Under the pieces are notes generated by a model. It searched no databases. It saw nothing but the letters and a program-made list of their open reading frames with translations, and had not been told where the DNA came from. This document shows positions 49,489-58,014 of a DNA stretch of 64,000 bases, piece by piece. Origin of the DNA: Bacteroidota bacterium (lineage in GTDB: Bacteria; Bacteroidota; Ignavibacteria; UBA10030; UBA6906); the NCBI GenBank assembly GCA_035506295.1, contig DATJPR010000098.1:4789-68788 (forward strand). Reading direction: 5' to 3'. Both the position numbers and the translations under genes were made by a program. The first letter of the stretch is position 1, and every line of letters begins with the position of its first letter.

Positions 49489-49755
49489 TCACTCGGAGGG
49501 AAGGTTCCTGAGGTCTTTCAGGACTTCATCAGCGATTTTCTCCAACACCTGAGGCTGATTGTAGAACCCCGAGTCAACCCGGGATTGAATCTGGTCGAGT
49601 TTCTTTTGATTGTCCGCTTCCAGAAGCGAGCGCGCAGTCGTGGAGACCACGGCCCGGTCTTTCACTTCTTCCCCTTTTTTCCCGTTGGAACCACCCGATT
49701 TCCGTGAAGGGTCGATGGGGACAGCGCCTGACGATAGAATTTCGTTGATAGCCAT
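49489..49755 (-). CDS. flgM: Anti-sigma-28 factor FlgM (probable)
   Basis: 88 aa. The size, a disordered basic N-terminus and a C-terminal helix pattern (KLDQIQSRVDSGFYNQPQVLEKIADEVLKDL) resemble FlgM (...I..G.Y.vd...iA..ll). It lies in the late flagellar block. Confidence 0.7.
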   Translation of the reverse strand: MAINEILSSGAVPIDPSRKSGGSNGKKGEEVKDRAVVSTTARSLLEADNQKKLDQIQSRVDSGFYNQPQVLEKIADEVLKDLRNLPSE

Positions 49756-49762
49756 AACAGCC

Positions 49763-50119
49763 TCAGTGCCTGTAGTGGGCGATCGCTTTTTCTTTTCTCA
49801 AATTCGCGAGACGCTCGGCAATCAGGTCCCTTTTTTGCTGAAGTTGAGCCAGGAGGACCGAGTTTTCGCGGTCGATTGCTTTGATGAGTTGTAATGAACC
49901 CGGCGCCTGCTCACCCGGTCGATGGAGTCCCGAGTACTCTCCGAGCAAGGATTCCCGATGACCCATCAACTGCGTCACCTTGTCAAAATCCTCGCTTTCC
50001 GTGCTCCGTTCCATCGACTTCGTCAGGTCGAGAATCGATTGTAAGAGCTCTTCAACGGAGTTCCGATCGGAATCATCCCGCCCGGCTCCGTATTCCATAT
50101 GATGTTCAAGTTCCATCAT
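49763..50119 (-). CDS. Putative flagellar chaperone (FlgN/FliT-like helical protein)
   Basis: 118-aa helical, acidic protein. Its ATG overlaps the flaG stop (ATGATG/TGA) and flgM follows 7 nt downstream. The assignment rests on context and composition only. Confidence 0.4.
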   Translation of the reverse strand: MMELEHHMEYGAGRDDSDRNSVEELLQSILDLTKSMERSTESEDFDKVTQLMGHRESLLGEYSGLHRPGEQAPGSLQLIKAIDRENSVLLAQLQQKRDLIAERLANLRKEKAIAHYRH

Positions 50120-50502
50120 TGCGTATGATCGTACAGGATCCCCACGAGTTCTTTGATGCGCGCCGCAATGCGCAGAACATCCTCCGGGGGGATCTGCCGG
50201 ATGACTTCCTTCGTCGAATTATCAATGACCTTAATGACCGTTTTCCCCGTGTCTTTGTCAATGGAGAACGAGATGTCCGTGCTGAACATCGCCATCGCAT
50301 CGTTGAGTTCCTTCGCCAAGGAAGAAAGACTCGACGACTGCGTCTTGTCATTCTCGCTCGCCTTCTCCGTCTCGTTTTCCACGGCAGACCGGGACTCGTC
50401 GACCTGACCTGACATTCCCGGCTGTGCCGGTTCTCCCGTTTGCACGCGGGGACGGACTATATCAGGAATTGCCGTCGTCGATATCGGGGTGACTGCTTCC
50501 AT
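50116..50502 (-). CDS. flaG: Flagellar protein FlaG
   Basis: 128 aa. LNDAMAMFSTDISFSIDKDTGKTVIKVIDNSTKEVIRQIPPEDVLRIAARIKEL is the FlaG family signature. A GGAGGTG Shine-Dalgarno lies upstream. Confidence 0.8.
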   Translation of the reverse strand: MEAVTPISTTAIPDIVRPRVQTGEPAQPGMSGQVDESRSAVENETEKASENDKTQSSSLSSLAKELNDAMAMFSTDISFSIDKDTGKTVIKVIDNSTKEVIRQIPPEDVLRIAARIKELVGILYDHTQ

Positions 50503-50534
50503 GCTTCACCTCCGTGTTGAGCACCTTCATTAAA

Positions 50535-52007
50535 TTATGAGCTTGTCGAGGCAAAATACGACAGCATCGTTTGCTGCGACTGTATTTGCTCAAGCAAGAC
50601 CTCCAGCTGAGCATATTGGGTCCGGAACGCGTCCCCCTTCTTACTGATGTCTTCGTTCATCGACGTAATCCGATCATTCATGCTCTTGATCTGGCTGTTG
50701 TACGTCGATGTGGTCATTTCGATGGATCCGCCGAGCGATGTGTACCGGTCGATCTGGGATTTCAGCTGCTGTGCGATACCGTTGCCCGCCGAGTTGGAGA
50801 ACAGGTTCGAGATTTGCGTAACGTCGGTGTCGACGAGGTCGTCGAGCTTCGAGCTATCGCTGAGGGTCAAAGTTCCATCCGTACCGATGGTGATTCCCAG
50901 GGTCGACAGAAGTTTCGCTTTGCCCGAATCCAGCCCGGTCACTGCGCCGCCCACCATCTGCCTCAGTGTTGTCCGCAACGTGCGCGCAGAAGGGTCGTCA
51001 ATGAGGGTCCCGCGGTTTGTCGTCTGCGTGCCGGTCGACGAATCTGTTTTGACGGTCGTCGAGGTGTTGGTGTTCAGATAGGAGATGACGGCGTTGTAGT
51101 TCGTGATGAACTGCGTGATCTGGGTCTTGATCGCCGAGTTGTCTGCGGCGACGGTGAGGGTCACGGGGCTGTCGGATGATGCCTGCTGACCCGTCAACGC
51201 CAGGGTGACTCCCTGCAATGCATCCTTCACGGTGTTCGACTCGCGTACCATGTCGATGCCGTCAAGCGAGAACTTTGCGTTCAGCGCATCGGCGGCCGCG
51301 CCGGATTTGGCAAACCCTGCACCGGCGGACGAGGAGGCGGTCCGGGCGGTGAAATCCACTGCGTTGAGGCCGAGGAACGACTGGAAGTCTCCGCTGAAGC
51401 TCGTGATCGCCGAAGAAGCGCCCGAGTTATCCGCACTGATCACCAGCCGCGAATGCACGCCGTCCACATTGACGACCGAAGCCGAGATTTTTGAAGCCAG
51501 AACGGTATCCGCGTTGATCGCCTGGGCGATGGTGGTCAGAACATCCTTGTTGGAGGTCGAAGCGAGATTCACGTTGACCTGCCGGACGTCCGACGTTCCG
51601 ACCTGGATCGAGAACGAATATGCGGTATTGGCGGAGAGACCGGAGTCTGCGGTGCCGTCAATGCTGGAAGAAAGGAGCATATCGTTGCTCGCCAGCTGGG
51701 ACACCTTGAGCGAATGTGTCGCCTCCTGGGCGTACGACGTCGCCGTTGCCGTGGCCACCGTCGCGCTGGAGCTCGCGACAGCATACGTCAGAAATGGAGA
51801 TAACGTCCCCTGATGCGCCATCGAGTTGATCGTCGTGGAAAGCGTTGAGAGCTTGGTCTTGAGCGACGACAGGGCGGTGACCTTCGCATTCAGATCGGAG
51901 ACCTGGTTTTGCAGGCTTACCACCGGGCCCTGAAGGGTGGCTTCGTAATTCGCCACCAGGGAGTCGAGCCCGCTCGACGACGAAGAAACCGAAGAGACAT
52001 CAGCCAT
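50535..52007 (-). CDS. fliD: Flagellar filament cap protein FliD
   Basis: 490 aa. FliD N-terminus (GLDSLVANYEATLQGPVVSLQNQVSDLNAKVTALSSLKTKLSTL) and C-terminus (YNSQIKSMNDRITSMNEDISKKGDAFRTQYAQLEVLLEQIQSQQTML). Confidence 0.9.
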   Translation of the reverse strand: MADVSSVSSSSSGLDSLVANYEATLQGPVVSLQNQVSDLNAKVTALSSLKTKLSTLSTTINSMAHQGTLSPFLTYAVASSSATVATATATSYAQEATHSLKVSQLASNDMLLSSSIDGTADSGLSANTAYSFSIQVGTSDVRQVNVNLASTSNKDVLTTIAQAINADTVLASKISASVVNVDGVHSRLVISADNSGASSAITSFSGDFQSFLGLNAVDFTARTASSSAGAGFAKSGAAADALNAKFSLDGIDMVRESNTVKDALQGVTLALTGQQASSDSPVTLTVAADNSAIKTQITQFITNYNAVISYLNTNTSTTVKTDSSTGTQTTNRGTLIDDPSARTLRTTLRQMVGGAVTGLDSGKAKLLSTLGITIGTDGTLTLSDSSKLDDLVDTDVTQISNLFSNSAGNGIAQQLKSQIDRYTSLGGSIEMTTSTYNSQIKSMNDRITSMNEDISKKGDAFRTQYAQLEVLLEQIQSQQTMLSYFASTSS

Positions 52008-52084
52008 TGAGACACCTCAATAAAACTCGATGAAGGGACCTCGATCCCCGGGGGGGGCTCCCACCTGCCGCCCCACGCAGGGAG

Positions 52085-52396
52085 TTACTGCAGATTATAT
52101 GCTCTCACCCACGTTTCGCGCAGTTCCTCGAGGATTGCGAGGGCTGCAGGGTAATCGCGTTTCAGGATCTTTCCCTTGCAGTAGTCATAGAGTTTGAAGA
52201 GACCGAACGCGATTTCCCGATGGTCGAAATTGAGGGCGATGATCAATTCGTTGAGAGCCCGGTGCGCGAGCCTGGGGTCGTTCTTTTTGCAGCCGAGAAT
52301 GGCGTAATCGTAGAGCCGCTGAATAACCTGGACGGGGGACAGATTCAGGAGTTGTTCTCTACCATATGCCGCTGCCGCGTGCGCCTGTGGTTGCAT
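52085..52396 (-). CDS. fliS: Flagellin-specific chaperone FliS
   Basis: 103 aa. VIQRLYDYAILGCKK...ALNELIIALNFDHREIAFGLFKLYDYCKGKIL...ILEELRETW matches the FliS four-helix pattern. Confidence 0.88.
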   Translation of the reverse strand: MQPQAHAAAAYGREQLLNLSPVQVIQRLYDYAILGCKKNDPRLAHRALNELIIALNFDHREIAFGLFKLYDYCKGKILKRDYPAALAILEELRETWVRAYNLQ

Positions 52397-52407
52397 CGTG
52401 TTCTCCA

Positions 52408-52463
52408 GGAAATAAGCGGGGGAAGGGACCCGCGCACTCTTCCGTGCTTACGAATCCCCTCCC
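52408..52463 (-). terminator. Possible stem-loop/attenuator between flagellin and fliS
   Basis: The minus-strand RNA has GGGAGGGGA (52463->52455) pairing with UCCCUUCCC (52428->52420), 9 bp including one G-U. An inner GCAC/GUGC pair is possible, and GCUUAUUUCC follows. The stem is imperfect and the loop is long. Confidence 0.3.
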
Positions 52464-52477
52464 ACCACGTTGCGAGA

Positions 52478-53269
52478 TTACCTGAACAGCGTCAAGAAGA
52501 CCTGGTTGCCGGCATTCGCCTGGGCCAACTGGGTCGTCGCGGTCTGTTGAAGGATCTGCAGTTTGCTCACCTGGAGCTGCTCTTGCGCAATGTCTGCGTC
52601 GTAGATGCGGCTTTCGGCAGCCTGGATGTTCGTGATCGACGAATTGAGATTCTGTTCCTTCACACCAAGACGCTGGATGTAGGAACCGATGGTCTGCAGG
52701 GCGGATTCGACCTGAGTCACCGCAGTGTCCACACTCGCCGTGGAGACACTCGCTGAATCAACTGTCCCAAATGTCGCAGTATGGGCGTCAAATCCAACCG
52801 TCAGAGCCGTCCCATTGTCATCGACCTGATAGGACGCCGAGAAGGATGAGTTGAACAACAGCTTCCCGTTGAAGTTGGTGTGCGCGACGATGTCGTCGAT
52901 TTCCGCCTTCAACTGGTTCACGTCGTTGGCAATCGCCGATTGATCCTGTGTAGGATCGGATGCCTCGACTTGCTTCTCCTTGATCGTCGTGTACAGATCC
53001 CGCATCGTCTGCAGGGACTGTTCGGCGGTGGAAAGCATGTTCTGCGCATCACCGACGTTGTTCACGGCTGCGCTCATCATACCCGCGCGGGCTTCCATCT
53101 GCTTCGCGATGGTGTATCCGGACGGATCATCACCAACCGAGTTAATGCGTTTGCCACTGGCCAGACGGAGCTGATGAACACCCAGCTGGTTGTTGACATA
53201 GTTCAACGCATTCAGCGCATTGTACGCTGCGATTGGGGTATTAATGCGAGCACCCTCTACAGAAGCCAT
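52478..53269 (-). CDS. fliC: Flagellin (short, ~263 aa)
   Basis: N-terminal INTPIAAYNALNALNYVNNQLGVHQLRLASGKRINSVGDDPSGYTIAKQM and C-terminal ESRIYDADIAQEQLQVSKLQILQQTATTQLAQANAGNQVFLTLFR. I prefer ATG 53269 because a GGAGG lies 5 nt upstream. The track start is 53281. Confidence 0.92.
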   Translation of the reverse strand: MASVEGARINTPIAAYNALNALNYVNNQLGVHQLRLASGKRINSVGDDPSGYTIAKQMEARAGMMSAAVNNVGDAQNMLSTAEQSLQTMRDLYTTIKEKQVEASDPTQDQSAIANDVNQLKAEIDDIVAHTNFNGKLLFNSSFSASYQVDDNGTALTVGFDAHTATFGTVDSASVSTASVDTAVTQVESALQTIGSYIQRLGVKEQNLNSSITNIQAAESRIYDADIAQEQLQVSKLQILQQTATTQLAQANAGNQVFLTLFR

Positions 53270-53299
53270 AACTACCTCCATGTGATGAAGTGAACTATC

Positions 53300-53313
53300 G
53301 GGCTTCCATGCCC
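53300..53313 (-). promoter_or_regulatory. Small hairpin presenting GGA in its loop within the flagellin 5' leader (CsrA-type site candidate)
   Basis: The minus-strand RNA reads GGGC-AUGGAA-GCCC. A second GGA motif lies in the SD region (CAUGGAGGU, 53275-53281). Confidence 0.35.
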
Positions 53314-53346
53314 ATTGTGTGCAGCTCTTTCGAGCTTCTACTCATA

Positions 53347-53373
53347 TTATCGGCAGGATCGGGCGAGACTTTA
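53347..53373 (-). promoter_or_regulatory. Sigma-28 (FliA) promoter of the flagellin gene
   Basis: The minus strand 53373->53347 reads TAAA-gtctcgcccgatcct-GCCGATAA, an exact match to TAAA-N15-GCCGATAA. It lies ~78 nt upstream of the flagellin ATG. With 12 fixed positions the chance expectation is <0.01 per window. Confidence 0.8.
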
Positions 53374-53481
53374 GGAGAATTCAGAAGAGATTTTCGGCAT
53401 AAGAGGGGGGAGAACGGTCAAAAGCCATGCGTTTTCGTGTTTCCGATCTGTGTGCGTGGTCTGTAACACACTCCCTTCACC

Positions 53482-55014
53482 CTATCGGAATGGGGAGGCG
53501 CGTTTTGCCAGCCGTTCGACTTTCGATCGCAGAGCAGCGAAATCTTCAGGGGAAAACGAGCTTTCGATGCTCTCCAGACGCGCAAGGGCCTCCGTGAAGC
53601 GGTTTTCCTGCACCGCCAATTCGAAGGCGCAGCGTGTAAGATCGTCCGTCATCACCTCGTGTTCTTCCGCGATACGGATCACCGACGCAGCCGTCGAGAA
53701 ATCCCGTCCGCGCAACGACCAGAGCGCTTTCCAGGTCAACGCCGTGGTATCCAACGGCTTGAGCGCCAGCACGCGGTCAAGTGTCGCGACCGCATTTCGG
53801 GCGTCCCCCGATTCATTCTCGATCATCGCTCGATAACTCAGCAATCGGGTATCCTTTGTCCCCCCGTCGGTCGCAGACCGAAGGCAACGAAGAACCACAT
53901 CCTGCCCTCCAAGCTTCTGCAACGCGTTGATCAGGCGCTCACTTGCCCCGGGTGTCGAAGGATTTACCTGCAGCGCCGTCGCAAACGCATCCGCGGCTCG
54001 CTCCCAGCTTCCGATCGCAAAGTAGCAGCGCCCCAGCGCCTCCTTGACTGCGTCCAGTGGAATGACAATGTCACCCAGTTCGGCCGGAGCCTGCTCTTTC
54101 GCAGACACAAGTGCGCAGAGTTTCTCCAGGACGGGGATCGCCGGACGTGGATTCCCCTGCGTCATAAACGCCCCCGCAAGGAACCACATGGCACCTGCCT
54201 GCTGCGGGTACAGGGAAAGCGATTTTTCACAGTGGTGAATGGCCTGGCCGACATTTCGCGTCTTGAGCGCCGCTTCCGCAAGGAGATTGTGGAGGGCGCT
54301 GACGACCGCATTCGGCACGCCCGGGATCCGTATCGCCGCCCGTGCATGATGGACCACCGCGGGATAGTCCTGCACGAGCATGAAGGACCGGGCGATCTGA
54401 AAGCGTGAGTACCAGTCGCGAGAGTCACGCTCGACGAGGGCAAGCAACGTTCCGAGATTCCGTTGAATCTTGTGCTTCAACACTTCAAAACCGCGCTCAT
54501 ACCCCAGGTGCTCGATGATAATATCCGAAGGCACAATTTTCCCCCCGCTGCGGAGTATCGATGGAGCGATCTGCTCGTGGATCTGACGTTCGAATCGCAC
54601 GCCGTCCTTTCGACGAAAGATCCTGGGATATGGCATAACTTGTACTACACGCTTTCCCCCTTCCAGACTCAACACGCTCCGAACAAGAACCTGATACGCG
54701 TCCGCCCGGGGATTTTCCAGCAGCCCCGCGAGCTTTGTACTCTGTCCGCCCGCCAGTCGTTCATCGGCATCAAGATACAGGATCCATTCCCCCCGGCACG
54801 CCTCGAGAGAGCGGTTACGCATCGAAGAGAAATCCCCGTTCCACGTCTCCCGAATGACCCTGGCACCGGCCTCCTCCGCAATCCGGACTGTGGCATCCGT
54901 GGAGCCGGTGTCCACGATGACCATTTCATCGACGGCATCGCGCACGCTCTCGAGACATTCGCCGAGGAATTCCTCCTCGTCCTTGACGATCATGCTGAGC
55001 GATAGGCCGTTCAT
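53482..55014 (-). CDS. Glycosyltransferase family 2 domain + TPR repeats
   Basis: 510 aa. GT2 N-terminus (LSLSMIVKDEEEFLGECLESVRDAVDEMVIVDTGSTDATVRIA...ILYLDADERL), then TPR-like helical repeats. ATGA overlap with the upstream gene. Confidence 0.85.
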   Translation of the reverse strand: MNGLSLSMIVKDEEEFLGECLESVRDAVDEMVIVDTGSTDATVRIAEEAGARVIRETWNGDFSSMRNRSLEACRGEWILYLDADERLAGGQSTKLAGLLENPRADAYQVLVRSVLSLEGGKRVVQVMPYPRIFRRKDGVRFERQIHEQIAPSILRSGGKIVPSDIIIEHLGYERGFEVLKHKIQRNLGTLLALVERDSRDWYSRFQIARSFMLVQDYPAVVHHARAAIRIPGVPNAVVSALHNLLAEAALKTRNVGQAIHHCEKSLSLYPQQAGAMWFLAGAFMTQGNPRPAIPVLEKLCALVSAKEQAPAELGDIVIPLDAVKEALGRCYFAIGSWERAADAFATALQVNPSTPGASERLINALQKLGGQDVVLRCLRSATDGGTKDTRLLSYRAMIENESGDARNAVATLDRVLALKPLDTTALTWKALWSLRGRDFSTAASVIRIAEEHEVMTDDLTRCAFELAVQENRFTEALARLESIESSFSPEDFAALRSKVERLAKRASPFR

Positions 55015-56852
55015 CGGTGTTTCTCTCGGTGATTGGCAGCCACAACGGCAAGGGCGGCTGCAACCCGTTCAAGCAGCCCTCCCCAATGTTCGCCGGCATT
55101 GCGTCGGAAAAGTTTCATGGATGGATACCAGGGCGACGCCTCTCCCTCCCTGAACCAGCGCCACTCGGGCGAAGCAGAAAGAAGCAGCCAGACCGGTCGA
55201 CCCATCGCACCGGCCAGGTGCGGAATGGAGGTGTCTGTGGATATCACCAGGTCAAGATGCGTCATGAAAGCGGCGGTTTCCACGAAAGCATCATGTCCAC
55301 AGTCCAGCTTCGATCCGATGTCCTCGATGCTCCCGGTGGAGGGAAGCTGGAGGATCTGCTGAGCCCCTTCTCCCTTCTGAAGGCTGTAGAAATGTACATC
55401 CTGGACGTTCAACAACGGCGCCAAGGTGCTCAACGCCATCGACCGATCATGATCTCCAACGTACTCCTTGTTCCCTTGCCAGCACAGTCCGACCTTGAGA
55501 CCATCTCCACCGATCAGTGCCTTCGTTGACGCAATCAGTTCGGGCTCCGGCGCGAGGTATGGTCCCGGGCTCGGAATCGATTCCAGTGAATCGGTGAAGT
55601 ACCGGGGTATGGAGAGAAGCGGCACCCAAAGATCGAACTCCGTTTTCGGCGTCTCCGCAACGGTGACCATCGCGTCGACACCGCTGATGTTTTTCAACAA
55701 CCTTGCCAGACGTTTGTGCGTTTCCAATATGACGCGGCCGCCCCGGGATTTGACCAACGGGAGATAGCGGATAAACTGGATCATATCTCCCGCGCCCTGT
55801 TCGGAGCGCACGAGCAGGGTTTTGTCCTCGAAAGGTTCTCCGAGCCATTCGGGGACGGGAAATGTCCGCCTGTCCACCCTCTGTCGGACATCGCTGATCT
55901 TGAATCTCCATCGGTACTCCTCCCAACCGCGTTGAAAATCTCCGGAGGCAAGGAGAAGAAGGGCCTTGTTGGCATGCGCTTCTGCATATTCTGGATTCAG
56001 CTCAGTGGCGCGGTCATACCAGCGAATGGCCTCCGCGATTTTTCCAAGGGCGCTCGTTGCGCCGCCGAGGTTGAACGGGATTGCCGCTTCCGTCGGCTCT
56101 CGCGAGTATGCGTCGAGGTAGATCTGAATCGCCTCGGCGATCCTCCCCTGTTCTTTGAGAGCGGAGCCAAGATTGTTCAGCACCTGAGGATTCGAGGGGC
56201 AGTGCTCCAGAGACCTGCGAAAGAGCTCCTCCGCTTCAGCAAAGAGACCTTTCTTCATCTTCACTTCGCCCAGTGCGGTGATCGCGTCAGGGGAACGAGG
56301 CTTCAAGGTCATGCTGATCGTGAGGCATCGCTCCGCACCGTCAAGATTTCCCAGATCACGAAGCGCGCACCCGAGGCCAAGCAAGGCGGGAGCTGACTGC
56401 GGGTTCCGGTCGACAGCCTTCCGGAACCACTGAACAGCTTCTTCCAGGTTCTTCTCCCGTGCGGCGAGGTTGCCAAGAGCATTCAGACTGTCGGTGAACC
56501 CAGGATCGACGGACAAGGCGCGGGCATAACATTCCCTTGCACGATCGCTTTGCCCGGTACCGAGAAGCACATCGCCCAGCCCCTTCAGAAAGAGCGGTTC
56601 CTGCGGACGCTGCGCAACCGCTTCGAGCATGTACGGCAGGGCGCGCTCCTCGTCCTTCTGTTGATGACAGAGGAACCCCTGGAGATAGAGCGCCTCCCCG
56701 TCGAATGGGTCGTCGTCCAGAACCCGGAGATAACACGACTCGGCGGCACGGAAATCCCCTCTCCGTTGGGCCTCGAACCCCAGCTTGAGGAGCGACTCCC
56801 TGGACAACTCCAGGGCGGGCTTCTCTACCGATTTGTCGTCAAGGACTGGCAT
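55011..56852 (-). CDS. TPR repeats + C-terminal GT9-like (heptosyltransferase-fold) glycosyltransferase (paralog A)
   Basis: About eight TPR units, then EQGAGDMIQFIRYLPLVKSRGGRVILE...VHFYSLQKG...DLVISTDTSIPHLAGAMGRPVWLLLSASPEWRWFREGEASPWYPSMKLFRR. The start is set to ATG 56852, or possibly 56864. The track start at 56960 overlaps the upstream GT4 by 122 nt. Confidence 0.8.
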   Translation of the reverse strand: MPVLDDKSVEKPALELSRESLLKLGFEAQRRGDFRAAESCYLRVLDDDPFDGEALYLQGFLCHQQKDEERALPYMLEAVAQRPQEPLFLKGLGDVLLGTGQSDRARECYARALSVDPGFTDSLNALGNLAAREKNLEEAVQWFRKAVDRNPQSAPALLGLGCALRDLGNLDGAERCLTISMTLKPRSPDAITALGEVKMKKGLFAEAEELFRRSLEHCPSNPQVLNNLGSALKEQGRIAEAIQIYLDAYSREPTEAAIPFNLGGATSALGKIAEAIRWYDRATELNPEYAEAHANKALLLLASGDFQRGWEEYRWRFKISDVRQRVDRRTFPVPEWLGEPFEDKTLLVRSEQGAGDMIQFIRYLPLVKSRGGRVILETHKRLARLLKNISGVDAMVTVAETPKTEFDLWVPLLSIPRYFTDSLESIPSPGPYLAPEPELIASTKALIGGDGLKVGLCWQGNKEYVGDHDRSMALSTLAPLLNVQDVHFYSLQKGEGAQQILQLPSTGSIEDIGSKLDCGHDAFVETAAFMTHLDLVISTDTSIPHLAGAMGRPVWLLLSASPEWRWFREGEASPWYPSMKLFRRNAGEHWGGLLERVAAALAVVAANHREKHR

Positions 56853-58014
56853 GGAGATGAGCATCCTCTGCGTTTCGCGCGCCCTGAGTCTCACAGTGCG
56901 CAAGCCCCATTGCGCCCAGCGCTTTGTCTGCGGCCGCCGACCAGGTGTACATGCGCACATCTTCGGCGCCCTTCAGCCCCAAGCGCCGAATTTCGTCGCG
57001 ATGATGATACGCGTGCTCCACCAACGCGACCAACTCGTCGACCGAGGGCTCGACCCATTCGGCAATACTTTTTCCCTTATGAAGAATGGTGGCGGACTGG
57101 AAACTGTTCATCAGCATCGCGTTGCCGGGAGAGACAATATCCCGGTGTCCGGAGAAATTCGTCGCGATCACCGGCCGGCCGCATGCCATATACTCCATCA
57201 TCACAAGATTTGTTCCGCCCTCGCATCGATTCGGGAAGATGCCGAGATCCGTTTTCGCAAAGATCTGAGGCATCATTTCATTCGGCACAAGATCGAGAGT
57301 GACGATCCGGTGATGGTCGATGCCGTTTACCCGATAGAGGTGTTCCATCTGCTGCAGCCAGGTGTCCCCCTCCAGCTCGAAGGTGATGTTCCTGGAGACC
57401 TTCATCAGGTTCATGGTCTCGGGCCACACATTTCTCCACGAGTTCATCAGGACGATATCGCGATACTTTTCCTGAAGGATTCGGACCGCCTGCAAAACGA
57501 CATCCTGCCCCTTCCGGTATTCAAACTTTCCCCCCGAGAAAATCACAAACATACCGTCATCCGGTTTCGGTGCAAGCGGACAAAAGCGTCCGGTGTCAAC
57601 TCCCTGCACGAGCACTTCGACATGGTGGATTCCCGCGCGGTCGAGGTTGTCGCGGCACCATTGTGAACCGCAGAAAATCAATTCATAGCGGCTCGCGTTC
57701 TCGATGGCATGTTCGCCGAGGGTATTCTCGACGAAGGTATACCCGAACGTCGGAGTTCCCTGGTACGGCGAGGAGGGGGCGAGCTGCCGGTCACCGATCG
57801 CGGAAAGGAGCGGTCCGGGGATCCGTATTCGCGCGTCGGGCGGCTTCGAGACAATGAGGTCGACCACATGCAGCCGCCGCTCAAATTCCCGACGGAGGTT
57901 TTTCGAGCATACACCCCATCCGGTGAACTGGCCGTCGGACAATGCGAGGAACAGTGTGTCGGCCTCCGCCACAGATTGTTCGGCCGGCGAGGGCGTCGGT
58001 GCGCAGTTCTTCAT
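56839..58014 (-). CDS. Glycosyltransferase, GT-B fold (GT4-like)
   Basis: 391 aa. C-terminal half with EGGTNLVMMEYMACGRPVIATNFSGHRDIV is the E-x7-E-type GT4 motif region. ATGA overlap with the upstream gene. Confidence 0.8.
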   Translation of the reverse strand: MKNCAPTPSPAEQSVAEADTLFLALSDGQFTGWGVCSKNLRREFERRLHVVDLIVSKPPDARIRIPGPLLSAIGDRQLAPSSPYQGTPTFGYTFVENTLGEHAIENASRYELIFCGSQWCRDNLDRAGIHHVEVLVQGVDTGRFCPLAPKPDDGMFVIFSGGKFEYRKGQDVVLQAVRILQEKYRDIVLMNSWRNVWPETMNLMKVSRNITFELEGDTWLQQMEHLYRVNGIDHHRIVTLDLVPNEMMPQIFAKTDLGIFPNRCEGGTNLVMMEYMACGRPVIATNFSGHRDIVSPGNAMLMNSFQSATILHKGKSIAEWVEPSVDELVALVEHAYHHRDEIRRLGLKGAEDVRMYTWSAAADKALGAMGLAHCETQGARNAEDAHLHASP

